Assembly (NCBI GenBank): GCA_964016885.1
Contig: OZ024741.1
Location: 252,464,001-252,528,000, forward strand
Reading direction: 5' to 3'
Length of the DNA stretch: 64,000 nucleotides
Source: Eledone cirrhosa
Lineage: Eukaryota
Under the pieces are notes generated by a model. That model searched no databases. It was given only the letters and a program-made list of their open reading frames with translations, and had not been told where the DNA came from. The first letter of the stretch is position 1. Each line of letters opens with the position of its first letter. Position numbers and translations under genes: made by a program. Below are positions 8,818 to 22,733 of the stretch, one piece after another.

Positions 8818-10527
8818 CTAGAACAGAGAAAACAATGCATATATATCAATAAATCGTTGAATAAAACATTTTATGTGTAACTGGTTGGGAGGACTCCTCA
8901 GTCATTTGATGGGATATCTTGTATTTGTGCTATAGAGAAAGCACCCAGAACAATCTGGAAGTTGTTTAGTGATAGGAAGGGCATCAGCTGTTAAAAGCCA
9001 TGGTATAAATATGTTGGAAGAAAACATCTGTTCTGTCATGTGTATGGCAACATCTTTAGCATTGGTGACATGATAAAATACACACAGAACACTCTGTAAA
9101 ATGGTTTATTATGGGAAGGGTATCCAGCCATAATAATCTCATCAAGCCAATGATCAAGAGGTCTCCTCAGTTGTGCCAAAGACATAACGTGTATGATCAT
9201 GATGAATGTATGACAGATAATATGTCTGAGCAATGAATGACAAACATAAAATATTTGGTCAATGTAGGAGAGGCAATATATCTGATCAATGTGTAACAAT
9301 GAAAATATCTGGCCAATATATGATTTTCATATCTCACCAATATATATGAAAGAAAATATGTTTGACCAATGTATGACAGACAATATGTCTGACTAAATTA
9401 TGAATTATAACATATCTGATAAATGAATGACAGATAATAACCAACGTATGACATATCTAAATTAGAATACTAAACAGTGACGACCTACATATTTTTATAA
9501 ATATTTGAGATCATTGAATATATTATAAAGTGGATTATGGGACATGAACTTGACCACTACTCTGGAAAATCATCAAAACCGTTCAGGAAAATCATTATTA
9601 AAACTCTTAAAATTATCTCTTTTACAATTCCCATTATTCTTTTCAAAAACAATATTATCAACTCTACATTCATCAGATCATCAAACTATGGTAACACACT
9701 TTACAGTGTCTGATAGGACAAACTTTGAACAAAGCATTTGATTGGTCAGATTTGCGAGTTAGCTGCAGACTATCCCTTCTTAATGAAAATGACACTCCCA
9801 TCTGACTCATCTGAATATGAACCTATCCCAATCTCCTATGTCTTTGAACATTTTCTGGTACCTCAAAGCAATTGATTGGTCAGATTCTGCCAGTTAGCTG
9901 CAGACTATATTCTTTTCAATGAACATGACTCATTTTTGACTCGTCTGACTCATCTGACTCATCTGAATATGAGCCTATTCCAATCTCCTGTGTTAGTATC
10001 TCCTGCTACATAGATCAAGAAAAATGTCTTATACTTGACCTCCATTACAGAAATAGTCTTACACTCTATCTTCACTAGAATATTATGAAATACCCATACA
10101 GTTCAGTCGAACTATAGATTTCCCCCGAAATAGTCTTACATGTTATCTACTCTGTAAATATTTTCTGAATCAATTTTCCACTCCATTTCTACAAAATATT
10201 TGGTAAAAAATAATCTTACACTAGAAATATTTTAAGAATTATTCTTTTGCTCTTCTTCACTACAAATGTTTTTAAAAATAGCTTTACACACAAATGAATA
10301 AGACATAAAAAAAATTGAAGGTTGTTACAAAACTAGAGACTCATGATACCTCATGAATTTCCATTAATGGTATTATGTGGTGATGCTGGCAATGATGATG
10401 ACAAGGTGAAGGATGACAAGCAGGAGGAGGCTACATGTGAAATGGGGGAAACTGATGATTATCAATGAATATATTTAGTGGTGATATATAAAGTTGATAA
10501 ATACATAATATGTAAAATATAACTTAC

Positions 10528-12954
10528 CAATATTGTATTTGGAGGACTCTTTTCCAGGGTACCTGTGTCTATCCATTCACTCTGGGATTCATACTGGGGG
10601 TAAAAATCTCCCTGACATTCTATATACTGGATGTTTCTATAATTCAAATCTGTAGAATACCTCACTGGGGTACCAGGAACACTGCTGTTGCTGCTCTGAC
10701 ATGGTAAAGGTTGATCAATTCTGTTACATATAGCTGACCGATCAACACCTCTCCTAGTGGTCTTTGTAGATTGAGACTGACCACTGCTACATTTCAAAAT
10801 ACACAGTGTGATGGACACTACAATGACCACAGCCACTATTACAGCTGCTACTATAATTATAATTAATATTGGTATATCAAATATTTTGTTCTTCTCTAAC
10901 TGGACAGTGGTCATCTGTGGTGATGATGTCTTGTTGGTGACCTTTAATGATAAAGACACAGTAGTTGTGGCTGACATCACTGGGGTACCAGAATCCTTGA
11001 CCACAAGTACCAGTTGATATGAGCCAGCTTCATTGAGATGAGGTGGACGTGAGAAAGACATTTGACCAGTAAAAGAGTTCAGTGTAAACAACTGTTTATT
11101 ATTACCATCAAGTATTCCATATTTGAGGAAGGCATTTAAATGACTGTCTCTATCAGTGGCTTTAATCACAGTGATGGCATTGGTACTTTGTGGATGGTAG
11201 TGGACATTGATATGGAACGGGTCAGTTGTAGGGTAGATAAAATATGGACTATTGTCATTTCTGTCTAAAACCTCAATAACAACATTGGCTGTATTATTCA
11301 ATGATGGTTGACCATTGTCTTTGACAAATACTACAAATTTATACATGTCTTCTTCTTCTCTATCTAATGGTATGTTACTGGTAATAAAACCATAGTCACT
11401 CACCTTAAATGGTATATTATTTCTGTCTTTACTTAATATTGAGTAAGTTAGTTGACCAGCACTTTCTAGGTCTGGGTCAGTGGCATTTATAAAACCTATA
11501 GGAAAGTTAGCTTTACCATTCTCATAAGTAAGGAAGTGGAATTTATCTTTGGTAAATTGTGGTTTCACATCATTTACATCCATTACTTCAATAGAAATGT
11601 TTCTCTCTGTCTTTAAAGGAGGATTTCCATTGTCTTCACATACAATTTTTATATTAAAATGGTCCAACGTTTCTCTGTCAAGTGATTTTTTCAAAGTAAT
11701 TTTATATTCCTTTGATTCTAAATGTGAGAGGACAACTTTATCATGTTTTAAATTACAAGTCACCTCTCCATTCTCTCCTACATCATTGTCCACTACATTG
11801 ACATAAGCTATATAACTGCCCTCTTCAGTTCCTTCATAAATTGTTGCTGTATCCTTCTTTAGTTCAGACACAAAATTCATATCAATTTCTGGGGCATGGT
11901 TCTCTTCATTAAGAATATTTACTCTTACAATGGCAAAGGAATTTAGTGAGGGATTCCCACCATCTTTGGCTTCTACATACATCTTTAGAATATTCTTTTT
12001 TTGTAATGTAAAGTGTTTTTTCACAAACAGTTCGCCTGTTTGATCATCCAGTTTGAAGTAACGTCTTGTGCGTTCTGGTGTTTCTGAACTAAAATAATAA
12101 GAAACTTGACCATTCTGTCCAGAATCTGGATCTTTGGCTGACAATGTCACAATAGGAATATCGTCAGCCTGTGTATTTTTGATGGAAATATTGTAGATAT
12201 GCTTTGAAAAAGCTGGTGAGTTATCATTAACATCAATTATTGTTATATGAACATGTAAAATTCCCTGTTTTGGAGGTTGTCCTCCATCTTTAGCTATCAC
12301 TTCTAGATTGTAACTATCTTTTAGTTCCCTGTCTAACTTGTCTCCCAGAATAATTCCTATTTTAGATCTACCAGTAATAGTTTTTTTAACAGACAATATA
12401 AATGGTTCATTGAATTTTTTCTTTAATTTATATGTAACTTCTGAATTTTCCATTCCAATATCTTTATCAATGGCATCTGGTATTAATCTTTCTGCTCCTT
12501 CCCGATCTTCTTCATTGAATAAAATTTTTACTTCAGTTTTAGGAAATTCAGGGCTGTGATCATTGATGTCTTGTATAATAACTTTAACTTTTATAATTTT
12601 CAAAAATGTCTTCCTTTTGTGTACAGCAACTTTGATGTATCTAAAACAATCTGATTCATATGTACACAGTTCCTCAGCATCAAGTGTTTGTGTAGTGTAA
12701 AGTTTACCATCTTTTGTGACATTAAACAAAGAATCTGTTCTTTGTCGCTGTATTTGGTTATATGTGATGAAATTATTTTCTACAAGTGAGGCACTATTCT
12801 CCATCTGTGTGTCAGCAGCAATATCCCCAACAAATGTAAAGGGACTACTTTCTTCTTCTACATGGTAGCTCAGATCAACACAGACACAACTGTGTAGTAA
12901 TAGACTGAGGACATTGGCAAGTAAGTATGTATTCCACACACAGTCTACTTCCAT
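10528..12954 (-). CDS. PCDH: Protocadherin copy 2, large exon (809 codons)
   Basis: Same motifs as copy 1. Exon starts at 12987; donor at 10528/10527. Confidence 0.95.
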
Positions 12955-14574
12955 CACAGAATATTAAATCATATCTTCTCTTTTTATCTGAAATTACAGG
13001 ATATTGATTACAGGAAATTGATTACAAATGTAATAATTTATGTTAACATAATATGGCTAAAATAAATAATTTATGTTAATATAATAAGGGTAATTATAAT
13101 ATTGAATTTAAACATATATATGTTTTTATACTTTTACAAGTTTATATCATTAGACATAAGCCATACTAGGCAACTACCTACACTGTCCAATATTCATATT
13201 TTAAATCAGGATTTTGTAAAGTGTTTGGTGAAAGAAGGGTAACTAAGCACAGAAACGTTGACAAACACAGGATCAAGAGCATTCTTCAGATGTGTCAAAG
13301 GCATGACAATGTACCCAATTCTGGTACCATGATGAAATGCACCCAGTCCACTCTGTAGATTATGGGAATGTACGTAGGAGTGATGTGGCCCTAGGTAAGT
13401 CAGAGAGGTTAGTAGCTGCAATTAATTAGTTTTTTTGTCTATGACAACCTATCCAAACTTTGTGAAAGAGTGAGTGTGTGGTGATAGACAGACAGTTTAG
13501 GAAATTATTTTTCTGATATCAGAATTGAATATATATATATATATATAAAGTGTGTGTGTGTCTCAAGGATGAATTGGATATATCTGAAAATAAATTGATA
13601 AAAAACCTTTCTGATGATTCACCATAAATGAGTCACCTTTTTTAGTGTGTCAAAGTGTGTTGGTATTTTATATGGAATCAGTGTTTAGTAAGTTGTGTAA
13701 TAATAAAATGAATGTAAGTTATTTATAGATAATACAAATGATACAATTTATCATGTTATAAATAAAATATCTTTCAGCAAGTTTGTTAAGAAATGAAAAA
13801 ATATATAGAAGTATTAGATAATTTTCGAGAGGTTTTGATAAATGTTTAGGTATTCATGGGAGATAACTACGTGTAAGCTGTATAGAGATTATAATTATGT
13901 CCCTTCTAAATGAAATTATTTCGTCTTTCAGACTTAAGTATCTTGTATTTATGTGATTAGTTCTACATGTTACGGATATTTTAGTTCATAATGAAAAACT
14001 TTCACATTTTAAATAGACCTTGGGTGACTAAATTGAAAAAAAATTCCTATTTATTAAAAAAAAACAGATTCAGAGAAACTTAGATATTTTTCGTTTTTGA
14101 AATTGTATTGCAAAATTCTTAATGCAAATCCGTGTGTTGAAACAGATACTGTTGTACTTTGTGAGGGTGATGTTGCCAATAAAAATACATTCATTAGTTG
14201 AGTGTTGCTTCAGTCTTTATTATTATTAATCACATAATTAGGGTGATGGATTTATAGAATTCTTAGAGTATCAGGCACAATTCTTTGAGGATATTTAGTT
14301 ATGGACTTTTACGTGAAGTACCAGTCAAGCACAGGTAGAGATATAATCGACTTGTGATATTGTGTGATAGCATGGTGTATGTCCAGATATCACATCATAT
14401 AAATGCATTATCAAATAAATGATACTATTCAAAACAAGGTTTAAAATAGTTAATTAGATTTCAATTTAATTTAACAATATCAATACATTTTCAACAATAT
14501 TAAAAAAAAAATCCTTGATATCAATTCTTGATAATTTCTCACTAAATGATTCATCAGAAATATGTAAAACTTAC

Positions 14575-14743
14575 CAAAAGTAGGAATAATATAACATCCA
14601 AGCTTAAAGAGAGAACTTCTTTAAGGTAACAATTTCAAGTCATCCCATTATGATGACAATAGAAAAACCTGTTAGTTGTCCCCTGTATCTAATAGCAACA
14701 GACCTAGTCATCAATATATTGGTCCATTCCATCAGATATGATC
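14575..14743 (-). other. PCDH copy 2 putative 5'-UTR exon 2 (169 nt)
   Basis: Conserved AG and GTAAGT boundaries. Confidence 0.7.
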
Positions 14744-15380
14744 CTAAAATATATGGCAATATAATAACAATATTGAAATACTGTAAAGAAAGGAGAGAGA
14801 AATAATTTTTGCTATATAATATATTTCTAAGAGTTATGACTTAAGAAACATTGGAAAAACATTGTAATTTAGAGTGTAGTTATCCCAACATAAATGTCCA
14901 AAGAAAGGAGAAAGAAATCATTTTTACTGCAATGTTTAGTAACAAATTATCTTCTATTACAACCTTGTTGAAAATTTATACATTCTATTCTAAACACTAA
15001 ATATTAATGATTCTGTTGTTCCATGTTATATAAATAAGAGTTTCATGATCTTGATGTTTATATAAAAAAGTTTAAATAGATTTCTGACTGGCATAGAAGT
15101 GTTGGAAAAATGTACATTCTGTAAGAATTCTCTTCTTCCATGTTATGTAAATGGGAGATGAATGATGTTAGTGAAATGTTATATATAGTTAAGTTTTAAA
15201 ATATTTCTCAAGAATATAGCTATATTCAAAGTATGTACAGCCTATACTACACATTAAGCTGTAAATATACAATGTCTATCTATTACTAATATGTAAATAT
15301 ATGAATTGTATAATATCATAAACCTATAAGTAATGGGAGAGTTATGTATATCTATGTATACATATACATACATAATATAT

Positions 15381-15654
15381 CATTTCATTTCATTTCATTT
15401 TACGTCCACTTTTCCCTGCTTGCAAGGGTGGGACGGGAACTGATTGTGGCTTGATTTCTACAGCTGGATGCCCTTCCTAACACCAACCTCATTTACAGTG
15501 AGTGGTGGATGCTTTTTTGCCGTGGCACATCCACGACCACTTTGCAGTGGAATGATAGGAACCCCAGTCCCTATCATCTCATTTCTACAGCTGAGTAAAC
15601 TGGAGCAATGTGAAATAAAGTGTCTTGCTCAAGGAAACAACACATCACCCGGTC

Positions 15655-15657
<3 letters not shown>
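15381..15657 (-). mobile_element. CORE-type SINE with RTE-like 3' tail; longer orthologous copies at 25720-26040 and 44806-45123
   Basis: CCTTGAGCAAGACACTT CORE-like motif and GGAAGGGCATCCAGCTGTAGAAA tail. tRNA-like A/B boxes are present in the longer copies. Confidence 0.7.
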
Positions 15658-15705
<48 letters not shown>

Positions 15706-16609
15706 TAGTTTCAGACTCTCCCCAAAAAACAAATATGTGGCACAAGAGAACTATATATATATATATAACTATTTATACTGCTATTTACGTCAGAAATTTG
15801 ATGAGCAAATGACACTGCATCACATCAATATGTCTGCTGTTATTCGCAAAATACAGCACTGTTTCTAAGAGAAATTTATCTTCATTATTACTATTAATAT
15901 TATTATTGTTTGATTGATTATTCTACACAGACACTAGAGAAACACTATCCATTTACATTAATGTATGTTGTCTTTAATAAGACACTAAAATATGCCACAT
16001 TTTAAACAATAAATCTCTCACAGAATCTGTCATACAACAATGCCTGACATCAGAACGATATCTGCTGGTCTGGGATTATAGATTAATTAAATTGTCTTTC
16101 ATTATTATGTCAAGTTATTTCTACGGTGTTCTTAAAATATCATTTAACGATTATGATATGATAAAATATATATATAGAATATTACATTAGGAGTATTTCT
16201 GCTCTTTGTATAATGGGATTAGACTGTTTATAATAAATACAGTAGTGAAATAATATAATTTAGCAAAAATGGAGTAAAGTCAATATGTTGTAAAGACAAA
16301 ATGGAGACGTACTCTTAAATATGATGTGTAGTTACAAAAGCTACACTCATAAATTAAATTAATAAATAATATAGTTAACTAAAATTATAGTTATTAGCTA
16401 TATTAAAATATAGCTAGTATATTTCTAACACTGAAATATTGTAATAATTTTATACTAATAAGTATGTTATATGTAGGACAGCAGTTGATGGTACTTCTCA
16501 GTGATAGAAATGGTCTTTTATAAATCTCTTTTGATAATTTCTTACATGTTATATTTTCACACATTATATTAAAGATGAAATATGTGAATAAAACAAGATG
16601 TACACTTAC

Positions 16610-16900
16610 CTCCATTGTCTCATCCATAATCTATGTCTGTGTATGATAGTGTGTCTGTGGTAGTAGTAGAGAGAGGGATCACAAGATGTAACTACTGCTG
16701 CTACTATTGTTACTGCTGCTGTTGTTATTGCTGTTGTTGCTACTAGTGTTGTTACTGATGTTATTGTTTTTATGTTACTGCTGTTATTGTTGTTGTTATT
16801 ATTGTTGTTACTGCTGCTGTTGGTACTGTTGTTGTTACTACTGCTGTTGTTATTGTTGCTGTTGTTGCTACTGCTGTTGTTATTCCAACAGCAGCAGTCA
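16610..16900 (-). other. PCDH copy 2 putative leader exon 1 with CAG/CAA tract
   Basis: Donor at 16610/16609; uORF ATG at 16627. Confidence 0.6.
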
Positions 16901-17319
16901 ACTGTACATATTCTACAGTATACTCCAATGATGTGTCATAAGGGATGTGTATAGTCTGTGTGTAGTGTATAGTCTATATATGATTTGTGTAACGATGGGG
17001 TGTGCTATATTGTTATAAAATGCTGTGTATATAAATCTATTATATATAGAGCAATTGTAGATATTTCATTCAATAAAGTGTGTAAGCAGGCGATGAATAT
17101 TATTATGACATATTTATACATATATATGTATACACACATGCACACACATATTTATGTATATATATGTATATAAATAAATATATATATATACATGCACATA
17201 TATATGCATATACATATATACATGCACATATATATGCATATATATATATATACATGCACATATATATGCATGTATATATATATATATATATATATGAGAT
17301 TGGAGCTGGTAAAACCCAG

Positions 17320-17459
17320 TTAGACCATTACTCACCAGAGTGCTCAATACTTGGGGTAGTAGAGTGGGTACGGCTGAGCTCTGGCCGTTTCAACAGCTCA
17401 ATTCAAGTTCGGATCTAGCTGTTGAAATGGCCAGAGCTCAGCCATCAGGGTATGAATTT

Positions 17460-17465
<6 letters not shown>
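17320..17465. mobile_element. Unclassified (TA)n-embedded short repeat with internal hairpin; relatives at ~27660-27785, 35209-35390 (inverted), 36952-37075, 46712-46835
   Basis: Shared ggtagtagagtgggta and gctgt.gaaa.ggc..gagctc motifs. 27-bp inverted arms at 17372-17398 and 17417-17443. Confidence 0.55.
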
Positions 17466-17502
<37 letters not shown>

Positions 17503-17693
17503 TATAAAACATATATATTTTTGTGTGTACTTGTATATTTCTATATGTGTATGTGTGTGTCTGTGTGTGTGTGTGTCTGTATATAGTAGCATAAAAATGT
17601 CTTCATAGAATGTTCCACAATGATAAGATCCGGACAATATTCCACAGTCTCTTTCTTTCTTTCTCTGACGTTTTCTCTGGGAGAGATGTGGTT

Positions 17694-17717
17694 TTATTTT
17701 TTGATTCTTGTTGGTAA
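17694..17717 (-). CDS. PCDH: PCDH copy 3 terminal coding exon LPTRIKK*
   Basis: ctctattccag acceptor; synonymous ATC for Ile. Confidence 0.8.
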   Translation of the reverse strand, partial: LPTRIKK

Positions 17718-18200
17718 CTGGAATAGAGTAAATAACATGTAGAAATCAACAAAATATTAGATTTCAGACACATCAAACATATCATGCCTGATCAATGTAT
17801 GACATGTAATATGTCTGAAAACTATGACTTGCAATATGTCTGACCAATACATGACAGTCAATGGGATTAACTAACTATGACTTTTATGGCTGCCCAACGT
17901 ATGACAGAGGTTATGGCTGATGAACTATAAGACATAATATGTCTGATTAATGTATGACGACAATAGGGCTAATCAGCTCTATGACTTTTATGACTGGCCA
18001 ACTCTAAGACATTATATCTGACCAATATATGAAAGACAATGTTGAATATACTATGTATGACAAACAATATATCAGACTTATAAATTTTGACATCCCAATT
18101 ATATCTGACATATAAATTATAACAAGCCATGTTTGATCAATGCACAACATATCTTATGTCGGATTAAATTATGACTGACAATTTGTATAATATACATAAT

Positions 18201-18385
18201 TGTTTCTACTTTAGGCACAAGGCCAGCAATTACCCAGTGCATTACTGGTACTTTATTTTATCGACCTCGTAAGGATGAAAGGCAAAGTCAACCTCGGCGG
18301 GATTTGAACTCAGATTGTAAAGGGACGTAACTATGCTGGAAAGCATGGCGTCCGACTCTCTACCGATACTGCCAATACACCGTCC
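18201..18385 (-). mobile_element. tRNA-derived SINE, full length, 18-bp target-site duplication
   Basis: A box TGGCAGTATCGG, B box GAGTTCAAATCC, central GCCTTTCATCC...GTCGATAAAATAAAGTACCAG. TSD ttgtataatatacataat at 18183-18200 and 18386-18403. Confidence 0.9.
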
Positions 18386-18589
18386 TTGTATAATATACAT
18401 AATGTATGACCAATATGTATGACATATAATGTATATCATTAATGTATAGCAATCAATATATAACTGACGATATTATTGCCCTATCTACGCCAGAAAATAC
18501 ATCTGATCTATGTTTGAAATATATTATACCTGTCCAGTGTATGACAGATATTATGTCTATCCAATGCATGACAGACAATATGACAATAT

Positions 18590-18672
18590 TGCCTTTCATC
18601 CTTATGGGGTCGATAAAATAAAGTACCAGTAATGCACTGGTAATTGCTGGCCTTGTGCCTAAAGTAGAAGCA
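18590..18672 (+). mobile_element. 3' half of the same SINE family in the opposite orientation
   Basis: Reverse complement of ~18201-18286. Confidence 0.8.
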
Positions 18673-20306
18673 ATTATATGATAGTTATTATGCTTGACAA
18701 AATGTTTACCAGACAATATGTCTGAACAAACATATGACAGACATTGTCATAATGATGTATTACAAAAATTACCATATCATCATCATCATCGATTAACATC
18801 TATCTTCCCTCGCTAGCATGAGTTAGATGGGTTTGTACCATTTAGAGGCAAGTTGGGTTGGGTGACCATGTCTCGCTTATATAGGAGTGTTTCTGGCAGG
18901 TTTTCTATTGTTGGATGCTCTTCATAATGCCAACCACATTGACAGTGTGTGCCGGGTGCATTTTGCTGTGTCCTTTACACATCCACTTTACTCTGTGTTC
19001 AGAGTGCTTTCAGGGCTGGTATACTCGAATATAGGTCTAGTAATATGTGACCAAATAATCAATAATAAATTGGGTGACCAGCTTATATTTGGGGTTAATA
19101 TTTTGAGGATTTTCACTAACTTCAAATTCTATACAAAAAAGTTGCTAAATTAGCTGGACTGATTATTTCCGTCAAACATTATTTTTCTACATTTCCTATA
19201 TCATCTTGAGTTTTATTAAAGCATTGCCTTGCGAACATTGCCACAAAGTTTTTATTCAAACTTTTTAATACATGAATATCCCCTGCACATATACACATAC
19301 ACATGCATGCACAGACATACATATGTGACAACTGTTTTTCTGTCACTTGATTATGCATTTTCTTTCAATCTTCTTTTGTTTTATTTCACTCTCATTTTCT
19401 TACTGTCTCCTTCTCCCTCTTCTACTCTGAATATTTATCTAGAGTTCCCTAAGTTGATCTCTTTCAACTATTCCCTATTCATTTTGACCCCACTAGTGTT
19501 TTTAAAGATCTCCCTAACGTTTAAAGAAAATTTATTTTTTAATATTAATTGAACTAAAGATATATCTCCATTTTTTTATATTATATCAATTGAGAATTTT
19601 CTCTCATGCCTTTTTACTTTCTAAATAAAAAGAAATACAATATTCTAAAGATGTGGGAGAGAGATGTTTTATTTTTACTTGAGGGTTTTGTACATATTAG
19701 ATTGGTAAAACAAAAACTTATTTAAATAACAGTTAAAACAATTCAAAAATATTAAAAGTAGGTAAATATTTTCTCCACTCATAAGAATTACAAAACAGTG
19801 CCATAAAGAGTTATTTAACTGCCTCAGCTTATAAACAGAGTTTGGATTTTTTCCCATTTCTCAGACATAAAACAGGGGGATGGATCAGCTTATATATGAG
19901 TATATTCGGTATGTCTAATCAATGTGGGATAGAGAAGTAAAATGACCAAACAGTAGAGAGGCAATCTGAGTAATGTGTGAAAGACCAGTGAATCAGTTTT
20001 AGGAGAGAGGGCAGGTATTTCAATAAGATTAAATGATGGTAATTATGATGATCATGATGATGATGGTGGTTTTGATGATACCGATAATGAGAAACAATGA
20101 GGAAATTGAAGAGAAGAATGAGAAAGATGATGATGATTACAAAGGAATTAGTTTAGAATTAAAACAATGGCAAGACAACGATGTTGACAATAATGATTAT
20201 TATGGTTGTTTACACCACTGGCCATTATGGTCTGAGACAATTCTTATGTAGAGATGAGGATGTGATATAAAGTTGATAAATACATGATATATGAAATATA
20301 ACTTAC

Positions 20307-22733
20307 CAATATTGTATTTGGAGGACTCTTCTCCAGGGTACCTGTATCTATCCATTCACTCTGAGATTCATACTGGGGGTAGAAATCTCCCTGACATTCT
20401 ATATACTGGATGTTTCTATTATTCAAATCTGTAGAATACCTCACTGGGGTACCAGGAACACTGTTGTTGCTGCTCTGACATGGTAAAGGTTGATCAATTC
20501 TGTTACATATAGCTGACCGATCAACACCTCTCCTAGTGGCCTTTGTAGATTGAGATTGACCACTGCTACATTTCAAAATACACAGTGTGATGGACACTAC
20601 AATGACCACAGCCACTATTACAGCTGCTACTATAATTATAATTAATATTGGTATATCAAATATTTTGTTCTTCTCTAACTGGACAGTGGGCATCTGTGGT
20701 GATGATGTCTTGTTAGTGACCTTTAATGATAAAGACACAGTAGTTGTGGCTGACATAACTGGGGTACCAGAATCCTTGACCACAAGTACTAGTTGATATG
20801 AGCCAGCTTCATTGAGATGAGGTGGACGTGAGAAAGACATTTGACCAGTAAAAGAGTTTAGTGTAAACAACTGTTTATTATTACCATCAAGTATTCCATA
20901 TTTGAGGAAGGCATTTAAATGACTGTCTCTATCAGTGGCTTTAATCACAGTGATGGCATTGGTACTTTGTGGATGGTAGTGGACATTGATATGGAATGGG
21001 TCAGTTGTAGGGTAGATAAAATATGGACTATTGTCATTTCTGTCTAAAACCTCAATAACAACATTGGCTGTATTATTCAATGATGGTTGACCATTGTCTT
21101 TGACAAATACTTCAAATTTATACATGTCTTCTTCTTCTCTATCTAATGGTATGTTACTGGTAATAAAACCATAGTCACTCACCTTAAATGGTATATTATT
21201 TCTGTCTTTACTTAATATTGAGTAAGTTAGTTGACCTGCCCTTCCTAGGTCTAGGTCAGTGGCATTAATAAAACCTATAGGAAAGTTAGCTTTACCATTC
21301 TCATAAGTAAGGAAGTGGAATTTATCTTTGGTAAATTGTGGTTTCACATCATTTACATCCATTACTTCAATAGAAATCTTTCTCTCTGCCTTTAAAGGAG
21401 GACTTCCATTGTCTTCACATACAATTTTTATGTTAAAATGGTCCAATGCTTCTCTATCTAGTGATTTCTTCAAAGTAATTTTATATTCCTTTGATTCTAA
21501 ATGTGAGAGGACAACTTTATCATGTTTTAAATTACAAGTGACCTCTCCATTCTCTCCTACATCATTGTCCACTACATTGACATAAGCTATATAACTGCCC
21601 ACTTTAGTTCCTTCATAAATTACTGCTGTGTCCTTCTTTAGTTCAGACACAAAATTTATATCAATTTCTGGGGCATGGTTCTCTTCATTTAGAATATTCA
21701 CCCGTACAATGGCAAAGGTATTTAGTGGGGGATTCCCACCATCTTTGGCTTCTACATACATCTTTAGAATATTCTTTGTTTGGGATGTAAAATGTTTTTT
21801 TACAAATAATTCCCCTGTCTGATGATTTATTTTGAAGTAACCTATTGTGCGTTTTGGTGTTTCTGAACTAAAATAATAAGAAACTTGACCATTCTCTCCA
21901 GAATCTGGGTCTTTGGCTGACAATGTCACAATGGGAATATCATTAGCATGTGTATTTTTGATGGAAATATTGTAGATATGTTTTGAAAAAACTGGTGAGT
22001 TATCATTAACATCAATTATTGTTATATGAACATGTAAAATTCCTTGTTTTGGAGGTTGTCCTCCATCTTTAGCTATCACTTCTAGATTGTAACTATGTTT
22101 TAGTTCCCTATCTAGTTTGTCTCCAATAATAATTCCTATTTTAGATCTACCAGTGATAGTTTTTCTAACAGACAATATAAATGGTTCATTGAATTTTTTC
22201 TTCAATTTATATGTAACTTCTGAATTCTCCATTCCAATATCTTTATCAATGGCATCTGGTATTAATTTTTCAGCTCCTTCAGCATCATCTTCATCAAACG
22301 TGATGTTTAATTCTGTCTGTGGAAATTCTGGGCTGTGATCATTGATGTCTTGTATAATGACTTTAACTTTTATGATTTTCAAAAATGTCTTCATTTTATG
22401 TAATGCAACTTTGATGTATCTAAAACAATCTGATTCATATGTACACATCTCCTCAGCATCAAGTGTTTGTGTAGTGTACAGTTTACCATCCTTCGTGACA
22501 TTAAACAAAGAATCTGTTCTTTGTCGCTGTATTTGGTTATATGTGATGAAGTTATTTTCTACAAGTGAGGCACTATTCTCCATCTGTGTGTCAGCAGCAA
22601 TATCCCCAACAAATGTAAAGGGACTACTTTCTTCTTCTACATGGTAGCTCAGATCAACACAGACACAACTGTGTAGTAATAGACTGATGACATTGGCAAG
22701 TAAGTATGTATTCCACACACAATCTACTTCCAT
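20307..22733 (-). CDS. PCDH: Protocadherin copy 3, large exon (809 codons)
   Basis: Exon starts at 22766; donor at 20307/20306. Confidence 0.95.
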
